From positions 15,847 to 79,846 of the forward strand of contig JAVBWN010000015.1 in NCBI GenBank assembly GCA_036677365.1: DNA of 64,000 bases. The letters run 5' to 3'. Positions within the stretch are counted from its first letter, which is position 1; every line of letters begins with the position of its first letter. Source of the stretch: Acholeplasma sp. Lineage in GTDB: Bacteria > Bacillota_I > Bacilli_A > Acholeplasmatales > UBA5453. The notes below the pieces were generated by a model. It saw nothing but the letters and a program-made list of their open reading frames with translations. It searched no databases and was not told the origin of the DNA. A program made the position numbers and the translations under genes. Of this stretch, positions 1 to 8,491 are shown piece after piece.

Positions 1-425
1 TGGGTACGTCTAAATTCGCCTGGGTATTGGTTTTGATGTTTGGAAAATAAAGCGTAATGTAAATCTTTCAAGAATCGGTTCGCGTAACCGATTTTTTTCA
101 TGTGAGCAGGTGCTTCGTCATAGGTTTCTTGAAAACTGAGTAAGTCATTGTAAAACAAGTTAAAACCGCTTGGTGCGTATAAATCACTGAAGTTATAATC
201 ACCAATCGATGTTCTCATCCAATCGAGCATTTCAGCGTCTTGAATCAGTCTGAAAAAGGCTTTATTGAGTGGGGATTCGAGTGGCAAAAGTCGATTGATG
301 TCATCGACCAATTGATCGATGCGTGCATCTTTTTTAGAGGTTATGTAAAGACCATTCAATGTGTATGGAACAAATACATTGATTTTCTTTACCCCGTAAG
401 GCTTTTGTTCGTATGTACCTAGCAT
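1..425 (-). CDS. Fic/DOC family protein, N-terminal part (runs off the left edge)
   Basis: Manual translation from ATG at 425 (SD-like AGGTG upstream) is open to base 1: MLGTYEQKPYG...LKDLHYALFSKHQNQYPGEFRRT. LHxxLF...PGEFRR is typical of Fic proteins; the catalytic HPF motif would lie outside the window. Confidence 0.7.
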   Translation of the reverse strand, partial: MLGTYEQKPYGVKKINVFVPYTLNGLYITSKKDARIDQLVDDINRLLPLESPLNKAFFRLIQDAEMLDWMRTSIGDYNFSDLYAPSGFNLFYNDLLSFQETYDEAPAHMKKIGYANRFLKDLHYALFSKHQNQYPGEFRRT

Positions 426-482
426 ATTATCACCTACCTTAAATTATACCAAAAAACCGCGTAATTAAGCAATAAAAATGAC

Positions 483-507
483 AAAAAAAGGCATTATGGA
501 TGCCTTT
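483..507 (-). terminator. Intrinsic terminator after DEAD-box helicase
   Basis: AAGGCAT/ATGCCTT stem followed by a T-run on the minus strand. Confidence 0.7.
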
Positions 508-2165
508 TAAAGTTTCTTCAATTTGATGGTCTTGTTCTTGAAATTTTTACCGTTCAAGGCCATGACACGATTGACAGATTGCTTGTTCAATTGGAAAACA
601 GTCTTGGTATCACCAATCGTGATGTCACCGACATTACCGGTATATAAATCTGCTTCTTTTTTGAATAAATCGAGTAAAGAGACCGCACGAATTTGATCCT
701 GTTTACCGTAGTTGATCTCGAATTCAACGAATTCTTTTTGATTGGCTCTGGCTGGTCTCGCTTCACCCTCCGTTTTAGGACGTCTGGTGTCACCGCTGGC
801 TTCACGTGGACGTCGATCGTTACGATCAAAGGTTTTCTTCTCACGTGGTTTATCGACTGGGATGTCACGGTATTCTTTTTCTTGATCATCGATTGACATG
901 GTCATCAACGCGTTGATGATGTCAATCCCGTCGTAACCATCGGCCAAGAGTTTTTGAATTACAATTTCATACTTGTGTTCTTTCTTTTGGCTAATCATGT
1001 CAGCGATCTGGTTGTAAATCCCTTTGATGGTCACCGCGTGGATGTCTTCAACCGTTGGGATTTCTTTGAGTTCAAGGGGTTGTTTGGTGAAGCTTTCAAG
1101 TTCCTTGATACGACGTCTGTTCCAAGCGTTGGATAAGGTAATGGCATAACCACTCTTACCCGCACGGCCAGTACGACCAATACGGTGAACGTACACTTCC
1201 AATTCTTGCGGGATGTCATAGTTGATGATGGCTTCTACATCGTTGATGTCTAATCCACGGGCTGCAACGTCTGTAGCCACTAAAATTTTGACATTTTTTG
1301 ACCTAAAAGCATTCATGACACGGTCGCGTTGAAGTTGTTTCAAGTCCCCATGTAAAGCATCGGCGCTGTACCCTAAATTTTGTAGGTAAGCAACCAAATC
1401 ATCCACGCCTGCTTTGGTGTTGGCGAAAATGATGATGGATTTAAAATGATAAAAATCCAATAGTCTGACCAATAGGTCATCCTTATATTCTTTTTTCACT
1501 TCATAGTAGACTTGTTTGATTTTTTCTACCGTGAGTGTCTTCGCTTCAATTTTGATATGAACAGGGTCCTGTTGATAGGTTGAAGCTACTTTTTTGATGA
1601 AAGGTGGGATGGTCGCGGAAAAAAGCACAGTTTGTCTTTCTTTCGGCGTGTCTTTCAAAATAATTTCCAAATCCTCTTGGAAACCCATTTTCAACATTTC
1701 GTCGGCTTCGTCCATAACGAGCATACGTAAGTTGTTGAAATCGAGTGTCTTTCGGGTCATGTGGTCGATGATACGACCCGGTGTCCCGATGATGATTTGT
1801 GGTTTTTCCTTCAAGCTCTTAATTTGTCTTTCAATCGATTGGCCACCGTATACCACGGTTGCTCTTATTTGTCTAGAGAAGCGAATTAGTTTTAAGAATT
1901 CAGCGTAGACTTGGAGTGATAACTCTCTCGTTGGCAATAAAATAAGCGCTTGTACATTCGGGTTATTCATATCAATCTTTTCGATGATTGGAATCGCGAA
2001 AGAGAATGTTTTCCCGGTACCTGTTTGGGCTTGCCCAATCATGTCTTTACCGTCACGGACCACGGGGATCGATGCGGCCTGGATATCCGTCGGATAAACG
2101 AATCCCAATTTGTCTATCGCCTTCTGAATATCTTCCTGCAAGTTTAAATCTTTAAATGTAATCAT
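507..2165 (-). CDS. DEAD-box RNA helicase (DeaD/CshA-like) with C-terminal DbpA-type RNA-binding region
   Basis: AQTGTGKT, PTREL, DEAD, SAT and HRIGRTGR motifs; start moved to ATG 2165 behind GAGG. Confidence 0.92.
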   Translation of the reverse strand: MITFKDLNLQEDIQKAIDKLGFVYPTDIQAASIPVVRDGKDMIGQAQTGTGKTFSFAIPIIEKIDMNNPNVQALILLPTRELSLQVYAEFLKLIRFSRQIRATVVYGGQSIERQIKSLKEKPQIIIGTPGRIIDHMTRKTLDFNNLRMLVMDEADEMLKMGFQEDLEIILKDTPKERQTVLFSATIPPFIKKVASTYQQDPVHIKIEAKTLTVEKIKQVYYEVKKEYKDDLLVRLLDFYHFKSIIIFANTKAGVDDLVAYLQNLGYSADALHGDLKQLQRDRVMNAFRSKNVKILVATDVAARGLDINDVEAIINYDIPQELEVYVHRIGRTGRAGKSGYAITLSNAWNRRRIKELESFTKQPLELKEIPTVEDIHAVTIKGIYNQIADMISQKKEHKYEIVIQKLLADGYDGIDIINALMTMSIDDQEKEYRDIPVDKPREKKTFDRNDRRPREASGDTRRPKTEGEARPARANQKEFVEFEINYGKQDQIRAVSLLDLFKKEADLYTGNVGDITIGDTKTVFQLNKQSVNRVMALNGKNFKNKTIKLKKL

Positions 2166-2264
2166 GTAATTCCTCAATTCTGTATAATACCTTAATACTA
2201 TATCATATTTAGGCCATAAATCCTAAAGTTTTATCGACAATATTTGTAAAAGTGCTTACAAAGT

Positions 2265-2287
2265 AAAAGCCCATCAAAAATGGGCTT
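2265..2287 (-). terminator. Intrinsic terminator downstream of the 6S-like RNA
   Basis: AAGCCCAT/ATGGGCTT stem followed by Ts on the minus strand. Confidence 0.65.
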
Positions 2288-2299
2288 AAAATGGCGTAT

Positions 2300-2447
2300 T
2301 TTACCTAGAAAGGTGTGAGAACTAAAAGTGTTACAGTGGGTAAAATCGACCTTTACTTCGTGATTCCTATATATATAGGCATTCTAACCCCGCAAGGACT
2401 CAATTCCCGTTTCGGATGGTTGGGTTCCACAGCTTACCTTCTAGGCA
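2300..2447 (-). ncRNA. ssrS: Probable 6S RNA
   Basis: Rod-like fold by eye: closing stem CCUAGAAGGU/ACCUUUCUAGG, GUGGAAC/GUUCUCAC, central bubble, GGGAAUUGA/UCGAUUUUACCC, apical CCUAU/AUAGG; has its own promoter and terminator. Confidence 0.7.
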
Positions 2448-2452
2448 CCTTC

Positions 2453-2482
2453 ATTGTATCACTGTATCAACCATTTTGTCAA
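2453..2482 (-). promoter_or_regulatory. Sigma-A promoter of the 6S-like RNA
   Basis: TTGACA-18 nt-TACAAT with extended TGn. Confidence 0.7.
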
Positions 2483-2487
2483 ATGAC

Positions 2488-3369
2488 CTACTTCGACTCA
2501 ATCTCTGCCAATTTCTTCTTTAATAGGTCAATGACTTGTGGCCGAACATCATCGCGTTTGAGGCCAAAATCGAGGGTAGCTTCGATGTATCCAATGCGAG
2601 AACCAATATCATAACGCTTGCCTGCAACATCGAATGAGTAGACGGATTCTTCAGCCATCAAGCGCTTAATGGAGTCTGTGAGTTGGATTTCTCCACCTGC
2701 CCCACGGGGTTGATTTTCTAAATATTTGAAGATGGTTGGACTCAAAATATAGCGGCCCCCAATGGCACTTCTCGATGGGGCATTTTCAGGTTTTGGTTTT
2801 TCAACGACAGAAGAAAGTTTATAAAGACCGTCTTCCATTTTTTCTTTAGGTTCACAAATACCATATTTTTGGGTATCTTCATAGCTGACTGGTAGTGTAC
2901 CTAAAATGGTTCCACCATAGCGATTGTATTTGTCAATCAATTGTCTTAAGACAGGTTGTTTATCACCCACATATAAGTCGTCCCCTAAAAGCAATGCGAA
3001 GGGTTCATTACCGATGAAAGCTTTCGCACATAAAACGGCGTGACCAAGACCCAATTGTTCCTTTTGACGGATGTAGTGGATATTCGCTAAATTGGACACA
3101 TCTGTGATGATTTTTAATTCCGCATCTTTATGTTTTTCCTTTAAGATGTTCTCTAATTCGAGATTACGGTCAAAATGGTCCATGATGGCGTTTTTGTTGG
3201 CTGAAACAATGATGAGGATTTCTTCGATCCCTGAAGCGAGTGCTTCTTCAACGATGTATTGAATCGTTGGCGTGTCGATGATGGGAAACATTTCCTTAGC
3301 GAGTGCTTTGGTGGCAGGTAAAAATCGAGTCCCATACCCTGCGGCTGGTATAACTGCTTTTTTGATCAT
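2488..3369 (-). CDS. galU: UTP-glucose-1-phosphate uridylyltransferase
   Basis: KAVIPAAGYGTRFLPATK, LGLGHAV, VEKP and GEIQLTD motifs. Confidence 0.95.
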   Translation of the reverse strand: MIKKAVIPAAGYGTRFLPATKALAKEMFPIIDTPTIQYIVEEALASGIEEILIIVSANKNAIMDHFDRNLELENILKEKHKDAELKIITDVSNLANIHYIRQKEQLGLGHAVLCAKAFIGNEPFALLLGDDLYVGDKQPVLRQLIDKYNRYGGTILGTLPVSYEDTQKYGICEPKEKMEDGLYKLSSVVEKPKPENAPSRSAIGGRYILSPTIFKYLENQPRGAGGEIQLTDSIKRLMAEESVYSFDVAGKRYDIGSRIGYIEATLDFGLKRDDVRPQVIDLLKKKLAEIESK

Positions 3370-3396
3370 AGTGATTACGCGAGGCGTATCTCCTTT

Positions 3397-4851
3397 CTAA
3401 TAGTAAAGCATGATGCGTACATACGTACCTTGATTCATCTTTAATTCTAGTAATATGTCTCTCACCGTGTTCTCGATGATGTAATCGAGGTTTCTTACCC
3501 GAACATTGGTTTGTAGGGTGATGATCCCCGCTTCATCGTAATCGAGTTCACGCGATGGATAAGCCTTAATGTAGTTTTTTGCCTGGTCTTTATCTTTAAA
3601 GTATACCATTAAACTCACGATGACTTCACCACGAATTTCAAGTTCATTCAACAGGTGTGCTAGGTTGAGGGCGCGAGCCACGATGTAGTCTGAGTTATGG
3701 AAAAATGTGGTTTCATAAAACTTACGATTGAGGTCAGAAAACTGTCTTAATCCAACATGTGTCTTAAAAATGCCTTCCAAAAACGATTGGAATTTCAAGA
3801 TACGTCTGTGCTGTGTGTGGTGAAATTCAGCGTAAATATAGGCATATTTTTTATTGTGTGTATACGCAGTGATGATGAACCGGTGGAAATTCGCATAGAT
3901 CAAAATCTCACTTAAATGGGCTTGGAACGTTTCTAAAGACACTTCCATCCCATAGTGACCAATTTCTGTCGTATGCTCATTATACACCAAAGGCTCAAAT
4001 AAAGCATTAGCAAACACGAGTTCTTGACGGTCTTGATCGTAATATTGATACGCACTGTAGCTGATACGCATATAGTACCGAATCAATTCAACTATACCCA
4101 TGGTTATGCCAAAAATGATGACCACGGGTACGAATACCCATTTGTATGTGGTTGAGATATCATCGGTCACTGCCAGAATGAATATGATCGGTAAGAAAAC
4201 AGACAGTCTTACCACACGCATCATCGTAGTGAAGCCCTTTTTATGTAGTAAAATCATCATGATGAAAATGATGGTTATGAAATAGATAACCAACACATTA
4301 TTTGGCGTAATACTGCGGAAAATCGCGATGTCATTGGCAACGAAAATCAACATGAATATATCCAGTGCAAACAAACCGAACACCGTCAAAGTGCGGGCTT
4401 TTTGGTACCATTTTTTAGTGTATAATTTGCGCACTTGAGGTAAGTGATAATGTGATTTCATTTCCTTACGATACGCATAGAACGTTTCAAATTTGCCATA
4501 CCATGGCACTTTGAATGGTTCGATGTCTTCATCGTCTAATGTTTTATTCAAATAGGCTTCAAAGTCAGCCAAAGGGTTTAAAACGAAGAGCAACGTACCG
4601 ATGAATATGATTGCTAAACTGAATCTCGTATCAAACAACGCCAATGTGATCGCAATTAAAACACCGTATATGAAAAATACGATGAGTTTGGCAAGTCCAC
4701 CAAATAAATACAAGGCCACATAAAGTAAAAACAATACACTGACCAAGGCATATATGGTTTGTTCATCCGATTGTAAGAAATACGAAGCGATGATCATGCC
4801 CACAATGATGGATGAGCCGATCGTTAAAGCAATCAGTAAACGGCGTGACAT
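3397..4851 (-). CDS. Hypothetical polytopic membrane protein with soluble C-terminal domain
   Basis: 484 aa; several hydrophobic segments in the first ~260 aa, then hydrophilic; SD GAGG. Confidence 0.7.
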   Translation of the reverse strand: MSRRLLIALTIGSSIIVGMIIASYFLQSDEQTIYALVSVLFLLYVALYLFGGLAKLIVFFIYGVLIAITLALFDTRFSLAIIFIGTLLFVLNPLADFEAYLNKTLDDEDIEPFKVPWYGKFETFYAYRKEMKSHYHLPQVRKLYTKKWYQKARTLTVFGLFALDIFMLIFVANDIAIFRSITPNNVLVIYFITIIFIMMILLHKKGFTTMMRVVRLSVFLPIIFILAVTDDISTTYKWVFVPVVIIFGITMGIVELIRYYMRISYSAYQYYDQDRQELVFANALFEPLVYNEHTTEIGHYGMEVSLETFQAHLSEILIYANFHRFIITAYTHNKKYAYIYAEFHHTQHRRILKFQSFLEGIFKTHVGLRQFSDLNRKFYETTFFHNSDYIVARALNLAHLLNELEIRGEVIVSLMVYFKDKDQAKNYIKAYPSRELDYDEAGIITLQTNVRVRNLDYIIENTVRDILLELKMNQGTYVRIMLYY

Positions 4852-4881
4852 ATTTTATCCTCGATATATTATAAATTATAC

Positions 4882-4908
4882 AAAAAAAAGAATGGGGTGT
4901 CCATTCTT
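4882..4908 (-). terminator. Intrinsic terminator after rplT
   Basis: AAGAATGG/CCATTCTT stem plus T-run. Confidence 0.7.
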
Positions 4909-4919
4909 TATTCTTTCAA

Positions 4920-5495
4920 TTATTTTTGTGCAGCTTTGATGGCTTCAACCAATTCAGCTTTCTTTAATCCAGAAAGACCCGTTAAGCCTAAGCCTTGTGC
5001 AACTTCTTTAAGTTGTGCAACCGTCAACGTTTCTAATTCGACTTGTGGTTCAGCAACTTTTTCAACCACTGGGGCTACTTTTTCAACTTTAGCCGGTTTT
5101 ACGACTGGTTTAACTTCAATCGCTTGTGGTTTGATTTCGCCGGATAATCCTTTTCTAGCCACTTCGACAACTGCAGTGAAGCCTTTAGGGTCGTTGTAAG
5201 CTAAGTCTGCCAACATTTTACGGTTGACGACGACGCCAGCCTTCAATAAACCATTGATCAACAATGAATATTTGAAACCGTTCAAACGGCAAGCTGCGTT
5301 GATTCTGGAAATCCAAAGCTTGCGCATATTTCTCTTGGTTTGTTTTCTGTCTCTATATGCGTAAGCAAGTGCTCTCATGACTTGTTCATGGGCTGTCTTA
5401 TAAATCGTGTGTTTCGAACCAAAGTAACCCTTGGCTAATCTTAATATTTTTTTACGGCGTGCTCTTGTTTGCACGTTACCTCTTACTCTTGGCAT
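4920..5495 (-). CDS. rplT: 50S ribosomal protein L20 with C-terminal extension (Rho N-terminal-like domain)
   Basis: [22 protein letters not shown] and NRKMLADLA motifs; ~70 extra C-terminal residues. Confidence 0.95.
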   Translation of the reverse strand: MPRVRGNVQTRARRKKILRLAKGYFGSKHTIYKTAHEQVMRALAYAYRDRKQTKRNMRKLWISRINAACRLNGFKYSLLINGLLKAGVVVNRKMLADLAYNDPKGFTAVVEVARKGLSGEIKPQAIEVKPVVKPAKVEKVAPVVEKVAEPQVELETLTVAQLKEVAQGLGLTGLSGLKKAELVEAIKAAQK

Positions 5496-5505
5496 GTGTG
5501 TCCTC

Positions 5506-5706
5506 CTACTTCAAGTTCGAAATCAGTTGTTTGATACGTTTGTAGTCTGATGCAGACACACCTGTTTCGCCTCTTAATTGTCTATTTTGTTTGGTTGTTT
5601 TGCTGCCGGCTAAGTGATTTGAATAAGCTTTGCCTCTCATGAGTTTACCAGAGCCAGTAACTTTAATTCTCTTCTTTAAACCGCTATGTGTTTTTTGTTT
5701 TGGCAT
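5506..5706 (-). CDS. rpmI: 50S ribosomal protein L35
   Basis: [21 protein letters not shown]; lies between infC and rplT. Confidence 0.95.
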   Translation of the reverse strand: MPKQKTHSGLKKRIKVTGSGKLMRGKAYSNHLAGSKTTKQNRQLRGETGVSASDYKRIKQLISNLK

Positions 5707-5724
5707 AATGTTTGCTCTCCTTTG

Positions 5725-6282
5725 TTATTTGGTTGGTTTTGGTGCAACCGTCGCGAATAATTGACGGCCTTCCATCTTCACTGGGGACTCAACCACAATA
5801 GTGTCACCCAACGATTGAATAAAGCCTTCCATGACTTTAACGCCTTGATCACTATGGACGATCATACGGCCTTTAAAGCGGAGTGAAATTTTGACTTTAT
5901 CGCCTTTTTCAAGGAACTTGATGGCTTGTTTTGATTTTGTTTCTAAATCGTGTGTGTCGATGACTGGGGATAAACGAATTTCCTTCACTTCGACGACATG
6001 TTGATTCTTCTTCATTTCACGTTGTTTTCTTTGTTGATCATATCTAAACTTAGAATAATCCATGATTTTCGCAACCACAGGCTTAGAATCTGGTGATACC
6101 ACCACTAAGTCGAGTTCACGTGTTCTCGCTTCATATAGCGCTTGATGGATTTTGATTAATCCTAAATTTTGACCTTGATCATCGATGACCAACAACTCTC
6201 TAGCTGAAATACCTTCATTGACTAAAGCATCGACTTGTTTATTGCCTTTAACAGGACTTGTGCCTTTGACAGGACTCTTGAT
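5725..6282 (-). CDS. infC: Translation initiation factor IF-3, probable ATC start
   Basis: KIMDYSKFRY, VKEIRLSP and KFLEKGDKVK motifs; AGGAGG (6296-6291) sits 8 nt before an in-frame ATC at 6282. Confidence 0.92.
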   Translation of the reverse strand: MKSPVKGTSPVKGNKQVDALVNEGISARELLVIDDQGQNLGLIKIHQALYEARTRELDLVVVSPDSKPVVAKIMDYSKFRYDQQRKQREMKKNQHVVEVKEIRLSPVIDTHDLETKSKQAIKFLEKGDKVKISLRFKGRMIVHSDQGVKVMEGFIQSLGDTIVVESPVKMEGRQLFATVAPKPTK

Positions 6283-6309
6283 AAACGCCACCTCCTAAGT
6301 GTCTTTTAT

Positions 6310-6425
6310 TAAAAGAAAAAGTGTGTACTCACAGTACCCACTTATATACGTAAATTTAAAATAAAATTTAACGTGACCATTTGCCTACCGATTGATCGAT
6401 CAGGCGAGAAGTAGGTACTTCTTCT
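6310..6425 (-). promoter_or_regulatory. L20 leader (attenuator) of infC-rpmI-rplT
   Basis: 5' AGAAGTACCTACTTCTCGCCTGA; 3' hairpin AAGTGGGTACT/AGTACACACTT plus T-run; alternative pairing of GTACCTACTT with AAGTGGGTAC. Confidence 0.8.
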
Positions 6426-6451
6426 TTTCACTATTTCTAGTTTCCTTATGT

Positions 6452-6480
6452 ATTATAACGAAATCAACCCTAGATGTCAA
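6452..6480 (-). promoter_or_regulatory. Sigma-A promoter of the infC operon
   Basis: Perfect TTGACA-17-TATAAT. Confidence 0.85.
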
Positions 6481-6494
6481 GCATAAATGCATTT

Positions 6495-7163
6495 TTATTT
6501 TGGCTTGATTCGCTGTATGTGATATGACAGCCAATAATAGCCCAAAGCAAGCCAAATTGGGTACGATTCAAAACGTCCACGGTTGTATGGGATGAACCAC
6601 GTTAGCCATGTGCCTTTTGTGAAAAATGCACTTAAGTTGGGATGTAACATCAATAACATCACACCAAACACGAGGGTATAGGTTGACTTAACCCGTATCC
6701 ATAATACCACAATCCCACTGAAAATGCACGCATTGATCGAGAGTTGAATCCATATTGTTTTTAAAATGACAAATTCATGGAATGCCAGGCCATAAACGAG
6801 TTGAATCGAAGTCCCGTGAATGAGAACCAACCCCAAGGTGAACAACCAAAACTGAACCATTTTTATGGCGTTGTACGTATCACCAAACATGACTTCTAAA
6901 TAGGCGTGTTTTTCGCCCATCCAATCAACCGATTTGAGGATGATATGGCAGCCAATCAATAGATAAGCCAAGTACCCACTTTGTTCGATGTAATACTGTT
7001 TAATGTATCCTTGTTGTAAAACCCGTTCCGTTCTCGAGGCCCAAATATGGCTGAAATAGATCAATAATCCAAACCATAAAAGATAAAACAACATCGTCAT
7101 CCATACCCATTTGGTTGATTTCCGCTTGTTCAATTCGTACTCAAAAAACTTAATCCAACGCAT
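6495..7163 (-). CDS. Putative ABC transporter permease (about 6 TM)
   Basis: Multi-TM ORF overlapping the upstream ABC ATPase by 14 nt; start ATG 7163 (MRWIKFF). Confidence 0.7.
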   Translation of the reverse strand: MRWIKFFEYELNKRKSTKWVWMTMLFYLLWFGLLIYFSHIWASRTERVLQQGYIKQYYIEQSGYLAYLLIGCHIILKSVDWMGEKHAYLEVMFGDTYNAIKMVQFWLFTLGLVLIHGTSIQLVYGLAFHEFVILKTIWIQLSINACIFSGIVVLWIRVKSTYTLVFGVMLLMLHPNLSAFFTKGTWLTWFIPYNRGRFESYPIWLALGYYWLSYHIQRIKPK

Positions 7164-7722
7164 GGGTGATGACCGAAAGTTTTGAAAACAATTTAGGTTC
7201 ATGGGTCGAAATGATGAAACACGTCCCTAGGGCTTGCATCTGTTCAATCCGCTTAAGGATGACTTTCATCGTTTTAGAATCGAGTGCCGTGAATGGTTCA
7301 TCCATAAAAACAACATCGGGTTTTCCGACCAAACTTAAATACAACAATACTTTTTGCTTGTTGCCTTTGGATAAATTAGAAACCTCATTGGCCATGTCAA
7401 TTTCCAAATCTGCCAACAACGACACATCCATCGGAACCCGCATGATTGAAAGCATCCAAGCGATGAATGTATACGGTCTATCGGCATATGGCAGTTCCAC
7501 CAAATCGGGCATATATCGACATTTGATGTTTTTTTGATGGATGATTTGACCCCGATCGGTTTGAATACGGTTCATGCAAAGTTTCAATAGTGTGGTTTTA
7601 CCTGAACCATTTTGACCGACCAATAAGTGAATCGTCCCCGGTTCGAATTGAAGGGATAAATCATTAAAGAGGGTTTTATTCCCATAACGCTTGGTCACTT
7701 CTCTTAATTCAATCAATGACAT
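7150..7722 (-). CDS. ABC transporter ATP-binding protein (compact, exporter type)
   Basis: Walker A GQNGSGKTT, signature LSKGNKQK, Walker B VVFMDEP, H-loop STH. Confidence 0.9.
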   Translation of the reverse strand: MSLIELREVTKRYGNKTLFNDLSLQFEPGTIHLLVGQNGSGKTTLLKLCMNRIQTDRGQIIHQKNIKCRYMPDLVELPYADRPYTFIAWMLSIMRVPMDVSLLADLEIDMANEVSNLSKGNKQKVLLYLSLVGKPDVVFMDEPFTALDSKTMKVILKRIEQMQALGTCFIISTHEPKLFSKLSVITHALD

Positions 7723-8491
7723 AAATACGATTCATGCTATTCTCAGGAATGACTGTACTCATCGATTCAAAGTATAAGAACGTGTCAATGGTTTGAGCAT
7801 AGAGTGTCCCTTCTAAAGTGTAAAAAATTCTAAGCGGTGTTTTGGAATAATAAAAAACATCGGTGTCCAGATCAATTTCAATGGTTTTTTGGTTTTGAAT
7901 GTCTACTAGTATTTCAACACAGTGGTTAACCGTATAACAAATCGATTCAATTCGAATCGGACGTTTGACCAAGATGTCCAAAACAATGTGATTCAAAAAT
8001 ACACCCTCCTCTTGATTGTACCCATATTGATTGTAAACGGAGAGTTCTTGTTCTAAGTTGGGTTTCATCAAAGACAACCGCCCAATACTGGCTGTTAATC
8101 GATCACCATTCTTTAAAATGAGGGTCAAATAACAATCTTTGATATAATAATCTACCTCAAGTGTGGGTAATTTCAAAATAAACGTATGCTTGGTATAACG
8201 ATCACCTAAATAAGTATATTTGCCAAATGTCTTAAATTCGAAGCTTTTAGGTATCAATTTATAGTGTTCATCTAAACTGGATAAATAAATCGATGCGATG
8301 GCATTTTCATCGATATAGGGCGATGTATGGTTAGAAAATCCTTCAATGGTGAGGGTTTCATCCGTCGTCAATTGTGCGTATAACGTTTGTCTAAATAACC
8401 ATTTTTTAGAGGGTAATTGTTCCGCTTGAACACTCATGATGATGAAAAAAACCATCACCATGGTCACGATGACAAATAACCATTTTTTCAT
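7709..8491 (-). CDS. Hypothetical exported or membrane-anchored protein
   Basis: MKKW plus hydrophobic stretch and VQA; aromatic, beta-rich body; ATGA overlap with the upstream gene. Confidence 0.75.
   Translation of the reverse strand: MKKWLFVIVTMVMVFFIIMSVQAEQLPSKKWLFRQTLYAQLTTDETLTIEGFSNHTSPYIDENAIASIYLSSLDEHYKLIPKSFEFKTFGKYTYLGDRYTKHTFILKLPTLEVDYYIKDCYLTLILKNGDRLTASIGRLSLMKPNLEQELSVYNQYGYNQEEGVFLNHIVLDILVKRPIRIESICYTVNHCVEILVDIQNQKTIEIDLDTDVFYYSKTPLRIFYTLEGTLYAQTIDTFLYFESMSTVIPENSMNRIYVID

Noticed and set aside
72..98. Terminator-like hairpin AATCGGTT/AACCGATT plus T-run on the + strand
   Set aside because: It lies inside the open minus-strand Fic frame and no supported + strand gene ends here; antisense termination cannot be excluded
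240..422. 60-aa + strand ORF
   Set aside because: Antisense shadow of the Fic gene; no SD or motif
2315..2614. 99-aa + strand ORF
   Set aside because: Antisense to the 6S-like RNA and the galU 3' end; promoter and terminator signals are on the minus strand
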